A stretch of DNA of 64,000 nt, from the NCBI RefSeq assembly GCF_039877785.1, contig NC_092066.1, positions 5,379,152 to 5,443,151 on the forward strand. The letters are read 5' to 3'. Positions 1 to 10,511 of the stretch are shown one piece after another (the first letter of the stretch is position 1; each line of letters opens with the position of its first letter). A program made the position numbers and the translations under genes. The notes under the pieces are model-generated. The model did not search any database, was not told where the DNA came from, and worked only from the letters and a program-made list of their open reading frames with translations. This stretch comes from Chaetodon trifascialis (Eukaryota).

Positions 1-1068
1 CCTGGGGCCCTTACTCTTCATCATCTACCTCCTTCCGCTCGGCAATATCTTCCGTAAATTCAACATTCATTTTCATTGCTATGCTGATGACACCCAGCTC
101 TACCTCACAACCACACCCTCGTCCTCTCTTCCGCCCACCTCCATTACTGACTGCATCTCTGAAATAAAATCCTGGTTCACCCAAAACTTCCTTAAATTAA
201 ACAGCAATAAAACCGAGGTTCTCCTCATTGGCAGCAAATCCACCTTATCCAAAACCAACAGCTTTTTTATCACCATTGACAACTCCACTGTTTCACCCTC
301 CCCCCAAGTTAAGAGCCTGGGCGTTATCCTGGACAGCACACTATCCTTCCACTCCCACATCAATAACATTACCCAATCTGCCTATTTCCATCTACGAAAT
401 ATGAATTGCCTCCACCCCTCCCTTACCCCTCATACTGCCGCCATCCTTGTTCACAGCCTCGTCACTTCCCGCCTGGACTACTGCAATTCTCTCCTCTTCG
501 GCCTCCCTCACAAATCTCTCCATAAACTTCAACTGGTCCAAAATTCAGCTGCCCGCATCATTACCCAAACTCCCTCCATCCATCACATCACTCCTGTCCT
601 CCAACAGCTCCACTGGCTCCCGGTTCAGTACCGCATACAATTCAAAGTCCTCCTGTTTACATTTAAGGCCATCCACAACCTCGCCCCCCCTTATCTGTCT
701 GATCTCCTCCACATCCCCACTCCATCTCGAACCCTAAGATCCTCCTCCTCCATCCAACTGTCTGTCCCCTCCACTCGTCTCACCACCATGGGGAGCAGAG
801 CATTCAGCCGCTCTGCTCCCCGTCTCTGGAACTCACTACCACCCCAACTCAGGAACATTGACTCTTTTACCCACTTCAAATCACAGCTCAAAACCCATCT
901 GTTCAAGACTGCCTATTGCACTTAACACCCTGTTTGCTGCCTTTTATTGTTTTATTGTTTCATTGTTTTGTCATCGATATTTTTAAAGTTTCTAAATGTC
1001 TTGTACGGTGACCTTGAGTGTCAAGAAAGGCGCCTTTAAATAAAATTTATTATTATTATTATTACTTT
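1..1068 (+). mobile_element. 3' portion of a non-LTR retrotransposon (LINE, L2/CR1-like clade): C-terminal part of the ORF2 reverse-transcriptase ORF (in frame from window start to the stop at 923-925), then a 3'UTR ending in a (TTA)n tail
   Basis: The ORF 401-925 continues upstream in the same frame to position 1. Its translation carries the C-terminal motif typical of fish LINE ORF2 (…[19 protein letters not shown]…[13 protein letters not shown]…[42 protein letters not shown]…[15 protein letters not shown]…[10 protein letters not shown]). A (tta)n microsatellite at about 1050-1066 is typical of an L2-type 3' tail. The element is truncated at the window edge. Confidence 0.7.
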
Positions 1069-2039
1069 CAACACATTTAACACATTTTTCAGCAACAGAT
1101 ATCTCACCAGGCTTGAAGGCTGGAACAGGATCTGCATTGAAGTCGTAATGTTTCATCTGTATTCATGGTACCAGAAAAGGGGTGGAGACAGCCTTGTTAT
1201 TGCCAGATTTGTGCGATCGATTGCATTTAAAGATAAACCAAGATCAAAGAGTTAACTTTATTTGCCATTTGACGTTTAAAGGAAGTTCTGTGAGAGACCT
1301 TGTGCAGCTGTGAGACATCAATGGTAGACATGTAAACACAGCTTATCAGCTAATGCTTTTACAGCTCTGTTATCTACACTGAAGTGCTTCTGTTATATTG
1401 ACAATGAGCCACATCGAGTTCAATAAAAACTCATTAAGTCAATAAAACTATTCCCAGTACAGGACACTGAATTTTACTGGTTTCATCATAGAATTAATAG
1501 AAATCACATAATACTGTTGTAGAATGTTTCAAGCATTGGTTTTTATTTATTTATATTTTTTTAAATATTCCATTATTCCATGACTGGCATGTCTGGCAGT
1601 GTTTACAGGTATTATCCTTTTCCTTTTTCTACATATTCAGTTTGGAAAATTTTGCTTTGCTGATCAAAATTAATGATAATTTACAGGAAGAAAGAAATGG
1701 ATGCATAAAAATTAAAACAAGGCTCAACAAGGATGGAAAAAAATAAACTCTTATATAGGTGAAGAGATGGGTGTACATATGAATATTGAATTTGTTCTTG
1801 TAACTGTGAAAATACACTGAGACCAACTTAAAACAGTCAGATTTGTATGTGTACACATGTCCAATAAAGCTGATTCTGATTCTGAAATACATCTAAAAAG
1901 CACAATGACCAACAATATACAACGTTTGTATACAAATAAGTGTTTCTGAGTATTCAGTGTGCATTCTGTCTGCTCTGGGTCCACTTTATTTTCTCACTTT
2001 TCCAGTGTGAACCTTAGGAATTGGGAGTTAATGTTTTTA

Positions 2040-2116
2040 TAGCGATCGAGGAAACCAATAACAGGAGTTTCCGTGCAGCACTTGAAAGCAGCATCAGGCT
2101 GCTCTCAAGCTCCCAG
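2040..2116 (+). promoter_or_regulatory. putative promoter / non-coding first exon of ApoL-repeat gene 1 (ends at the GTGAGG donor at 2117)
   Basis: There is a CpG-containing stretch followed by a strong donor ...ctcccag|gtgaggcgg at 2116/2117. It lies upstream of the ATG-containing exon at 2296-2490. No TATA box was identified. Confidence 0.3.
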
Positions 2117-2295
2117 GTGAGGCGGACACGCCCTCCTGGGGACGACAGCACAGGTAGAGGAAATAAAAAAAACTGGATTCGCAGGTTTTACTATTGTTAG
2201 CAGGAGGCGTCTGCTTTCTGAAAAGCCGCAGGAGTGACAAGGAGCTGTGGGAAGTGTCTCATCTCTGCCCTAATTTTTCTTTTCCTTTTTTTCAG

Positions 2296-2490
2296 AGAGG
2301 CTCTTTAACTTCACATCTTAGTGTGTGAAAACAACAGTATCGACACGAGACGGACGGAAAGTCTCACTGGGGACTGTAACGTCTCAACAAAACAAAACAA
2401 ATCAACAACAACAGCAAACAATAACAACAACAGCGGAATAACCAAACACTAACGCCAAACAAGGGCGGACTGAGAGAAGCTAACTCAATG
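2296..2490 (+). CDS. 5' exon of ApoL-repeat gene 1: mostly 5'UTR, with the initiator ATG at 2488-2490 immediately followed by a GT donor (atg|gtgagt), phase 0
   Basis: The acceptor is ttttttcag|agaggc at 2295. The sequence ...gctaactcaATG|GTGAGTtaac follows the classic pattern of a first coding exon ending right after the ATG. Phase 0 joins cleanly to exon 4601-4672 (QKAALFGGMFKRSS...). An alternative in-frame ATG lies at 4595-4597. Confidence 0.45.
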
Positions 2491-4600
2491 GTGAGTTAAC
2501 GTTTAAAAACTAGCTAACGTTCGTGTTTAAAGCGCACCATAAACCGAACATGTCGGTTAATGTCTGTGAAAGTAACCGCGAATGACGATGGAAATGCACT
2601 GTTTGACAGGAGCGATACGACAACCTGGATCTGGACTTGGAGTGTGAAGGAGGAGGCGTAGCTGTGAGTGTTATCTGTCCGTTGTCTTTCATGAAAGTTT
2701 AGCCAGCTAACGTTAGTGTTGAAAGGTTTTTTGCGGAGCTGCATTTACAGTTTGCTGAAGTCAGTTAACGACCGTGGTTTACCGAATTTAACCGACCTAA
2801 CCTCAATCTGTGCGACGGAAACTCTCCATGTACAAACACACACTTACACAGTGAAGTCCAAAAGTATGTGCTCATGTTTTCTGTTGTGCTGGCGCATCGG
2901 ATTTAACATCTAACAATGACTATGAGGCTGAAAAGCTGACTCTCAGCTTTGAGTGCTCAGTGTACAAACCGTAGCTCTGTCATCACGGCCGGATTAACCG
3001 ACCAGCATGGTCCAGGGCGAAAATGTGCCACTGGGCCCCCATTAACCCCCCACACCAGATTAGATATATTAATATGAATATCCACAGCACAAGACTGCAT
3101 CAAGTTTGAGAAATTAAAGAATGAGGCTGGTTGCATAGGTTGTTTGCTGTAACTTGATGTTGGATTCAAATGGAGGGCAGGAAGTGAAAACCAATGGACG
3201 AGATGGAGGAAAGTTCGTAATCTGCTAGTTTAGAAGAAATTACAAGAGAAAACTGTACAGAAAATCAGAGAAAATGTTGGATGTGACCTTTATGTTATGA
3301 GGCAGCTGCTATTGAGGCAGTAGATATAACAACTACCTGCTCATTCAGATGTCATTCTGCTCTAGAAACCAAATCAAAGTATTCAAAAGTATGGAGGCAA
3401 ACAACTTTCTTGTTAGCCGTTGGGTGCACAACCTTGGTACCTAGGCTTTCCCCCTTATGGACAACAACTTTTGGTACTCGATCAAGCTCCTTATGGTGTC
3501 TCGGTTTGATCAAATTGACCAACCATAATCACAACACAGCTGCATTTTGAGTGTGTGTTGAAGTGCCTCCTATGCAGAAAATCACTTCCTGCCCTCCATC
3601 TGCAACTCGTGCCACAAAAAAGAGTGATGTGACGATATTTCAACAAATCCCATGAAAAGACCAAAACCAACAACGTGTTGCTACTGACTGACAAAAATCT
3701 TTAAACACAACTTACAAATATATAATTCGTTTTTTAATATAGGCTCAGAAATTTTCTAAAGCAGCTGGGCACTGCAGTTTTTAAAAAACGTTACTTAAGT
3801 TTGGGACTACTTTTAGCAGTGGATTAACACACTTTTTGTGTCAAGTGAGTATTTCCAGCTGCAGAGCAGTTTATGATGGACTGAGTCAAAATAGACTGAA
3901 GTATTCAAGTTATTGTGCTGAAGGAACATGTGCGTATTATTGAAGAGTCTTTCAGTTCAATGATCACAAACCAGTTGACTCATAACACACCTGAAGCTGC
4001 TGGAGCCCTTGAGTCCCTCCTACTTTATTTAATACTGTTATGTAAAGTACAGAAAGGGGTTTGTGTTCTACACTGTTTATTAGTTAAACCTGAAATAAAG
4101 CATCACAGTTTCTGTTTATATCAAGACGATCATCAAGAAACTTACAGACCTTTTTGTTTACAGCTGCATCCTTAGAAAAGGCTTTAAATGTTAAGCTAAA
4201 AAAGGCTAAAATCTGTTTACTGTCCAGTCTGATGTATTGTAGTGCTCCAGTCGTTCTTTAACAGGCTGATCAGTATTATGGTCAGTTTTCACAGAGCTAG
4301 AAACGCACCAATCACCCTAAATTTACTGTCGTCAAGGTTTCAAGTCCAGACATGAAACCAGCTTCAAGTCCGGACTTGAAACCTGGACCGTGGGATGTGA
4401 ACCAGTGAATGCGTCCGCTCATCCATAGAGTCATCTGTGAATTGTCGGTCATTCGAAGCATCTTTTCCGTGCAGGGGCAGATTGATGCTGCTGACTCACA
4501 GGTCATGGCAGCGAACGTTCACCCTCTGTTACTCGCTCACTCTCACTGAAGCTGCTCTGTCAGAACTGAATTAGTTTGCTCTTTTTCGCCCCTCATGCAG

Positions 4601-7600
4601 CAAAAAGCGGCGTTATTCGGTGGAATGTTTAAAAGATCCTCTAAGTCTGCAGAACCGTCTGTCCAAACTCAGGTGAGGTCATAGATTGTTTTTTAACTTC
4701 AATCATCAAATTCATTTGATAAGTTAATACACTGATCGAATGTCTCTTGAATGTTTCATTTAAGATGCTCACCTGTTCTCATGCTGTTCATGTGTGCAGT
4801 AATAAAATCACAATAACTGCTGCTTTGTGAAATCTGCAAATGATGGAATTACAGCATCTGATTCTGCGTCTGCTCACAAAGTTTGTGTGTTGATGTTACA
4901 GGACAGTTTATCAGCCAGCAGTGAACTTTCAAAGAGCAGCGACAGTCTGACTGACAACAGCGCCAAGGTGAGGCTCAGGAAACAGTCCTGGAAATTTAAT
5001 TTTTCTTTTCAAACTTTTTTTCTGGCCATCAGTAACCAAACTGAGGAGCTTTCATTGTGCTATGAATAATGGCAGTGTTTTTTAGCTTATAGACGGACGG
5101 ACTTATTTATTGATATTTCAGGAGAAAGGAGGCGTGTTCAAAGGAATGTTTAAGAAGACGACCAAAGCTGGCAAAGAGGGCCAACCGCAGGTGGGTAGTG
5201 AAATCATTAGTCGATTAATCAATCAGTTGATCAGCGAAAGATCAGTCAAGAGAAAGAAAAATGGGTCTCAGGTTGCCTTTATTTTGACAAATTTTTCATC
5301 ATTTTATTTTCATGTATTATTTATTTACCTTTATTACTCTGTATTTCTGAGTTTATGCTACTGAAAAATCTTTTGTAATCACTTGAATCTGTATTGTACC
5401 CATCAACAAAAATGGGAAGACGTAAAAGAAAAGTGATGGTCATAAAACAATGAAATATTTAAATATGTGTCTCCATAGTTGTTTTGAAATTCACAGATGA
5501 GATTCTAAAGCTTTTCAATCCTTTACAGGACAACCTGTCATTACCGAATCCTGAGCTGTCTGTCAGTACTGACAGTTTAACAGACAACAAGTCGTCAAAG
5601 GTGAGTTTACGTTCTGCTCTGTGAGATTTTTGGTTTTCTCACGTCAGTCTTTGAAAGTGAACCTTTTGTCTGCAGGAAAAGTCAGGCGTGTTCAGTGGGA
5701 TGCTCAAACGATCTCCTAAACCAGGACACGCCCGGAGGCCTTCACAGGTGAACCATTGATCTGCTATCTGCTGTCTGCTGTCAAAGATATGTCCAGAGAG
5801 TAAATCATCATGACATGTAAACTGTTGTGTTATTTCCTGACTGATCATCATGTGTTTCAGGATCTTTTGGAGAACGAGTTCACAGGCAGCAATGACAGTC
5901 CGTCTGAAAACACCACAACTAAAGTGAGTCTCATCAGCCAAACCAGTTTTTTAAATGCAAAAACATTCAAAAACACAAACAACTGGAAACAAATACAAAC
6001 GACGCTCACAAGCCTGTGATGCTGCTGGAGGCAGTTTGTTCTTAACTGTGATTTTAAAGCATTTTAAGCACTTTTTTTTTTTACTCTAAATGACCACAGA
6101 GCTCTTCCTTAGTGTTGACCAGCGACACATGTTGGTGATTCTGAATTGATTTAACCTCCAGTGGTTGTGTAGACCTCGACTCAGTGAATGGTGAGTTTGG
6201 GAAGGGTGTGATTTGTTTTTGTGGCTGTTTGGAAGCTGAACCTGCCTGCATCAGCAGTTTGGATGAGGTGCTGGCCAGCGTGTGAAGCACCAAATCCCCG
6301 TCTGTCCATCTGACAGCTGCATCGGTTCAATAGACAGAACAAAAGGTTTTATTTTCCGTTTCATTTCAGGGAACGTATAAGCAACTAATATGTGACTTTT
6401 TATTTTTCAGGAGTCAGGAGGGATGTTCAGCGGGATGTTTAAAAAATCCTCAAAGCCACTTGGAGCGAGGACACAGTCTCAGGTGAGAACTGCGCGTCTC
6501 ACTTTTACCTGTGTCACATTATTAATCGGTAACGAGTGTTTGTCTCTTGCCTTCAGGATGAGTTGTGGGCACCCTGCGAGCTCTCAGGCAGCAGCGACAA
6601 TCTCTCTGCAAACAGCAACACTAAGGTGGGTTGTGACAGGCAGCTGCTCATCTCCATATTCAGCCGCTGTGACTAACACTTGCTCCCTGTTTTCAGTCTA
6701 AGCTGATGGTACAGTCACATCACACCTCTGTCCTGCATGTATTTGCTCCATTGCTCATTCACTTCATCTAAAATCTGTGTTCAAGCATGCGTTTCTTGTT
6801 TTAGTGCAGCTTCCACACAGCCGCCTGTCAGTTTGCATCTACTGGTGTGAACACTGATGCACTTTGCTTTGAAACAGGAAAGTCATCATTCTTCCATATT
6901 TATTGATCAACCACATGACGATTGTGACATCACATCCTGTTTCAGGGCTGAGCGGTGTCACTGACCTGTGGGATAATGTGACTGTACCTTAATGCTGTTT
7001 GTATAGAGCTCAGCTCATTATATGCAGCGTCTGGGAAAGTGTGTTTCTGTGTTTGTTCTTGTGTGTGTTGGAAGGGCGAGGCAAACCTGCAAGTGTTAGC
7101 GTTTCAGAGGAGGCTACAAGCGGCTGAGTGAAGGGCGTACCGATCCATCGGACATTTGAAACCTAACTTCCTCCATTATGGGCAGAATTTCACAAAACCG
7201 TTCCATGTGACTTTCTTTTTTCCAGGAGTCAGGAGGGATGTTCAGTGGGATGTTTAAGAAATCCCCAAAGCCTTTCGGAGCGAGGACGCAGTCTCAGGTG
7301 AGAGCTCTGCACCTCATTTGTCTCACATATACCTGCGTTAGCTTATTAGGAGATGAAGGTAATAATCAGACGGGGATGTTTGCATCTCGCCTTCAGGATG
7401 ATTTGTCTGCACCTGGCGAGCTCTCAGGCAGCAGCGACAATCTTTCCGTGAACAGCAACACTAAGGTGAGGTCGTGAAAGCGGAGGAATTCCTTACTGAA
7501 CTCCTCCATTTTGGGCCAAATTTCCTTAAACCGCTTTGATGTAACTTTTGTTCCAGGAGGCAGGAGGGATTTTCAGTGGCATGTTTAAAAAAACCCCCAA

Positions 7601-8496
7601 ACCCTTTGGAGCAAGGACGCAGTCTCAGGTGAGAGTCATGGAGTATTGCTGCATCTTACAAATCTCACCGTTAAACCGTCTTACTACAAAGCAATTCAGC
7701 AGGATTAATGTTAATTACTCTGCATTTGTTTCTCGCCTTCAGGATGATTTGTCTGAACCCAGCGAGCTCTCAGGCAGCAACGATAATCTGTCTGAGAATA
7801 ACAACACGAAGGTGAGGTTTCTTAAAGCCAGCCACTGATTCTGCAGCATTAACCATGAGTAGTAAATGAGTGAATGTAGTGATTTGACATGTTGGCTTCA
7901 TATTATTTTCTCAGGAGAAAGGAGGAATCTTTAGTGGTGTGTTCAAAAAAAAAGGTGCCAAATCTCAGTCTCAGGTAAGACGGCTAAGTTTTTCAGACAG
8001 CTAACGAGTGTAAACAAACTGCCAGTCCGCCATTGTTGTTGTTGTTGTTGTTTTAGGCTCATTATACAAAGCAACAATGGGCATGCACAGACTGAGGTGA
8101 TGACACCATTGTTTCCCAGACACTCTATTTTACCTGTCCATGCACGCCTGCTCCTTTCTGCAAACAAAAACATGAAAGATAATCACATAAAAATCAAACA
8201 TGGCACCTTTAACGCTTGTTAAATGTTCGGTGTTTCGGTTGTTTTCTAGTTAACAGTTGCTCCATTTAATTTCTCACCTTTCTTGCTAATAGTCACCCAC
8301 AGTCTGCTTTGCTCCAGTGTCTGCAGTTCTTAAGTGAAATGTTGACATTTCACCTCGAAGTGAAGCTTCTGAGCGTCCTTTTTCGTCTTGGCTGTTGCTT
8401 TCTGACTGTGCGCTGTGTCCCTCTGTTCAGGATGATTTGTCCGTGGGTGGAGATCTCTCTGCCAGCAGCGACAGTCTCATAGAGAAGCCTTCAAAG
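4601..8496 (+). CDS. ApoL-repeat gene 1, N-terminal exon-pair repeat array: 14 short phase-0 exons in strict alternation of type A (basic, GMFKK-xPK) and type B (acidic, SSDSLSEN)
   Basis: Every exon has an AG acceptor and a GT donor, a length that is a multiple of 3, and no stop codon.
- 4601-4672: QKAALFGGMFKRSSKSAEPSVQTQ
- 4902-4967: DSLSASSELSKSSDSLTDNSAK
- 5122-5190: EKGGVFKGMFKKTTKAGKEGQPQ
- 5529-5600: DNLSLPNPELSVSTDSLTDNKSSK
- 5676-5747: EKSGVFSGMLKRSPKPGHARRPSQ
- 5861-5923: DLLENEFTGSNDSPSENTTTK
- 6411-6482: ESGGMFSGMFKKSSKPLGARTQSQ
- 6557-6625: DELWAPCELSGSSDNLSANSNTK
- 7226-7297: ESGGMFSGMFKKSPKPFGARTQSQ
- 7397-7465: DDLSAPGELSGSSDNLSVNSNTK
- 7557-7628: EAGGIFSGMFKKTPKPFGARTQSQ
- 7743-7811: DDLSEPSELSGSNDNLSENNNTK
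- 7915-7974: EKGGIFSGVFKKKGAKSQSQ
- 8431-8496: DDLSVGGDLSASSDSLIEKPSK. Confidence 0.75.
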
Positions 8497-8616
8497 GTGT
8501 GAGACGACGCTCACCGCACTGCACTCCTCTCGTCACGCATCACAGAAACTACTTTACACTGTTGGTCATGTTCTGAGATTAATGACATGCTGCTCATGTG
8601 TAATGTGTTGTAGCAG

Positions 8617-10459
8617 GATAAGGAAAAGGCTGAACGCTCGAGTGAGAATACCTCCACCACAGAGAAGCCCAAAGCCAAGCAGGTGAGTGACTGATCTCCT
8701 CTCTGTTGAAGTAAATCTGCTTTATATCAGCTGTGACGTTAAGGTGAGGGTTAGGGCTGTTTTTAAGTGGACTGCAGCAGTGTCTGTGTCATTTCAGAAC
8801 GGTTTCAGTGCGATGATGAAGAGCACCTTCTACACTGACAAACAGGTAAGAGCGGCAGACTGAACTCTTGACTTTTGCTGCATATCATCAGTTCATCTTC
8901 CCCATCACACGCCCCTGAAGCTAAATAGTATCTCAGTCAGAAACGCCTGAAAACAATAAAAGACAATGATGAAGTCGTCCACAGATGATTGTTGTACTAC
9001 TGTTGTTTATATTTTACTGTAAATTTGGCTCCTTGTGCAGGAGAAGAACCCAGATTCTGACCGTGAGGAGATATTGGACAGTGGAGAGGGCCAGCCCAGT
9101 CAGAAACAGGTTTGTGAGGTTTTCTCTCTGGGTTTCAGTCAGCAATTTATTTTCTTTATTGTTTCCCTATTTCATATTTTTTTTGTCTCTCGTTTGTTTT
9201 GTTTCACATTCAGAGCAAACTCGCTGAGACGATGACAAAGCTGAATCCGTTTCGATCCGCAAACAAGGTAAGGAAGGTTTAGATGTGATAGTGCTCGAGA
9301 GATAAGTAAAGTTTCCTTTGATGAATGGATGTATTGAAGGACCGTAACTGTGCAGCCTCTTTTATGTGTCGTTCATAAAATAATGATTTCTGTCTTCTCG
9401 CTGCAGCCGGAGAAGCAGGCGGGCTCAGACGACGAAGATCCACCTGCGAGCAGCGAGAAGTCATCAGGCAACAAACAGGTGCTTTGATATTTGCTCGTTC
9501 CTGTTTCATAAGTTTGAAGTCATGTTTGTTAGGGGTTGAAAAGCCTCTGCACATTGTTTGTCTGTTGTCAATAAAAAAGGAGAAGCTTGCTGCTTCCTCA
9601 CGTGTTGCTCTATTGCCAATCTTGTGAGTGTGTGTGGGCACATGGGTGAAACAGGCAGCGTGAAGTGCTTTGTTCTGCTTTGGTCAGAAAGTGGAGAGTC
9701 ATGAGCCAAAGGTTTCAGATTTACCCACAGGTTCTGTCCGTCGTCCAGCTTTACTTCTCTTATCTTGTGGATTTATTAGCGGACTCATTGTGGCTGATGG
9801 CAGACAAAGCAGATACTTATCTAAAATGCTGAAGCGTTCCCTTAAATCTTTCCACCTCAGAGCACCGTGGTTGGAGCCATGTCCAAACTCAATCTGTTCC
9901 GCTCTGCAAATAAAGTAACTATGCTCTTGATTGTGTTTGGTCGTGGTGGAGGTGTTGGTGAGATAGTCATGATGATGAGGTTTAAGGTGGCAGGAAGTCA
10001 TCATAGTGGTGGTGGGACTGTGGTAACGGTGATGGAGGTGATGTTTGTAGAATCTTTGGTTCGTTTTAATGAGTTGTAATGGTGTGCTGAAGACTTAAAG
10101 GACCATACCTGTGATTTCTCATGCTGCACCCAGTTTACTACAGAACACATGCACTTAACATCACAGCTAAACCCTGTGATGAATGACACAACTCAAACAG
10201 GTTTCAAGAGAGCAAATGGATTTCTGTAGTACATGGATTGTAGTTAAAGAGTTAAACTAGCAAAAATAACTTGGTACGGTCCTTTAATTGCTGCACAAGT
10301 AATCTGATTTTGGTCGATGCTGTTTAAATGCTAACGCTGAAGTCCTTCGTTCAGAAAGACACTGAAGACACAGAGACGCTCAAGGAGGATGGGAAACAAG
10401 TGGAAGAGAAACCGAAAATGGTCAGTCTATTTTTTGCATCACTCATGAGTCATCAGTGA

Positions 10460-10511
<52 letters not shown>

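Noticed and set aside
100-906. ORFs 100-369 (-), 447-737 (+) and 691-906 (-)
   Set aside because: They are alternative-frame or antisense ORFs inside the LINE ORF2 fragment. Only the 1-925 + frame shows RT homology.
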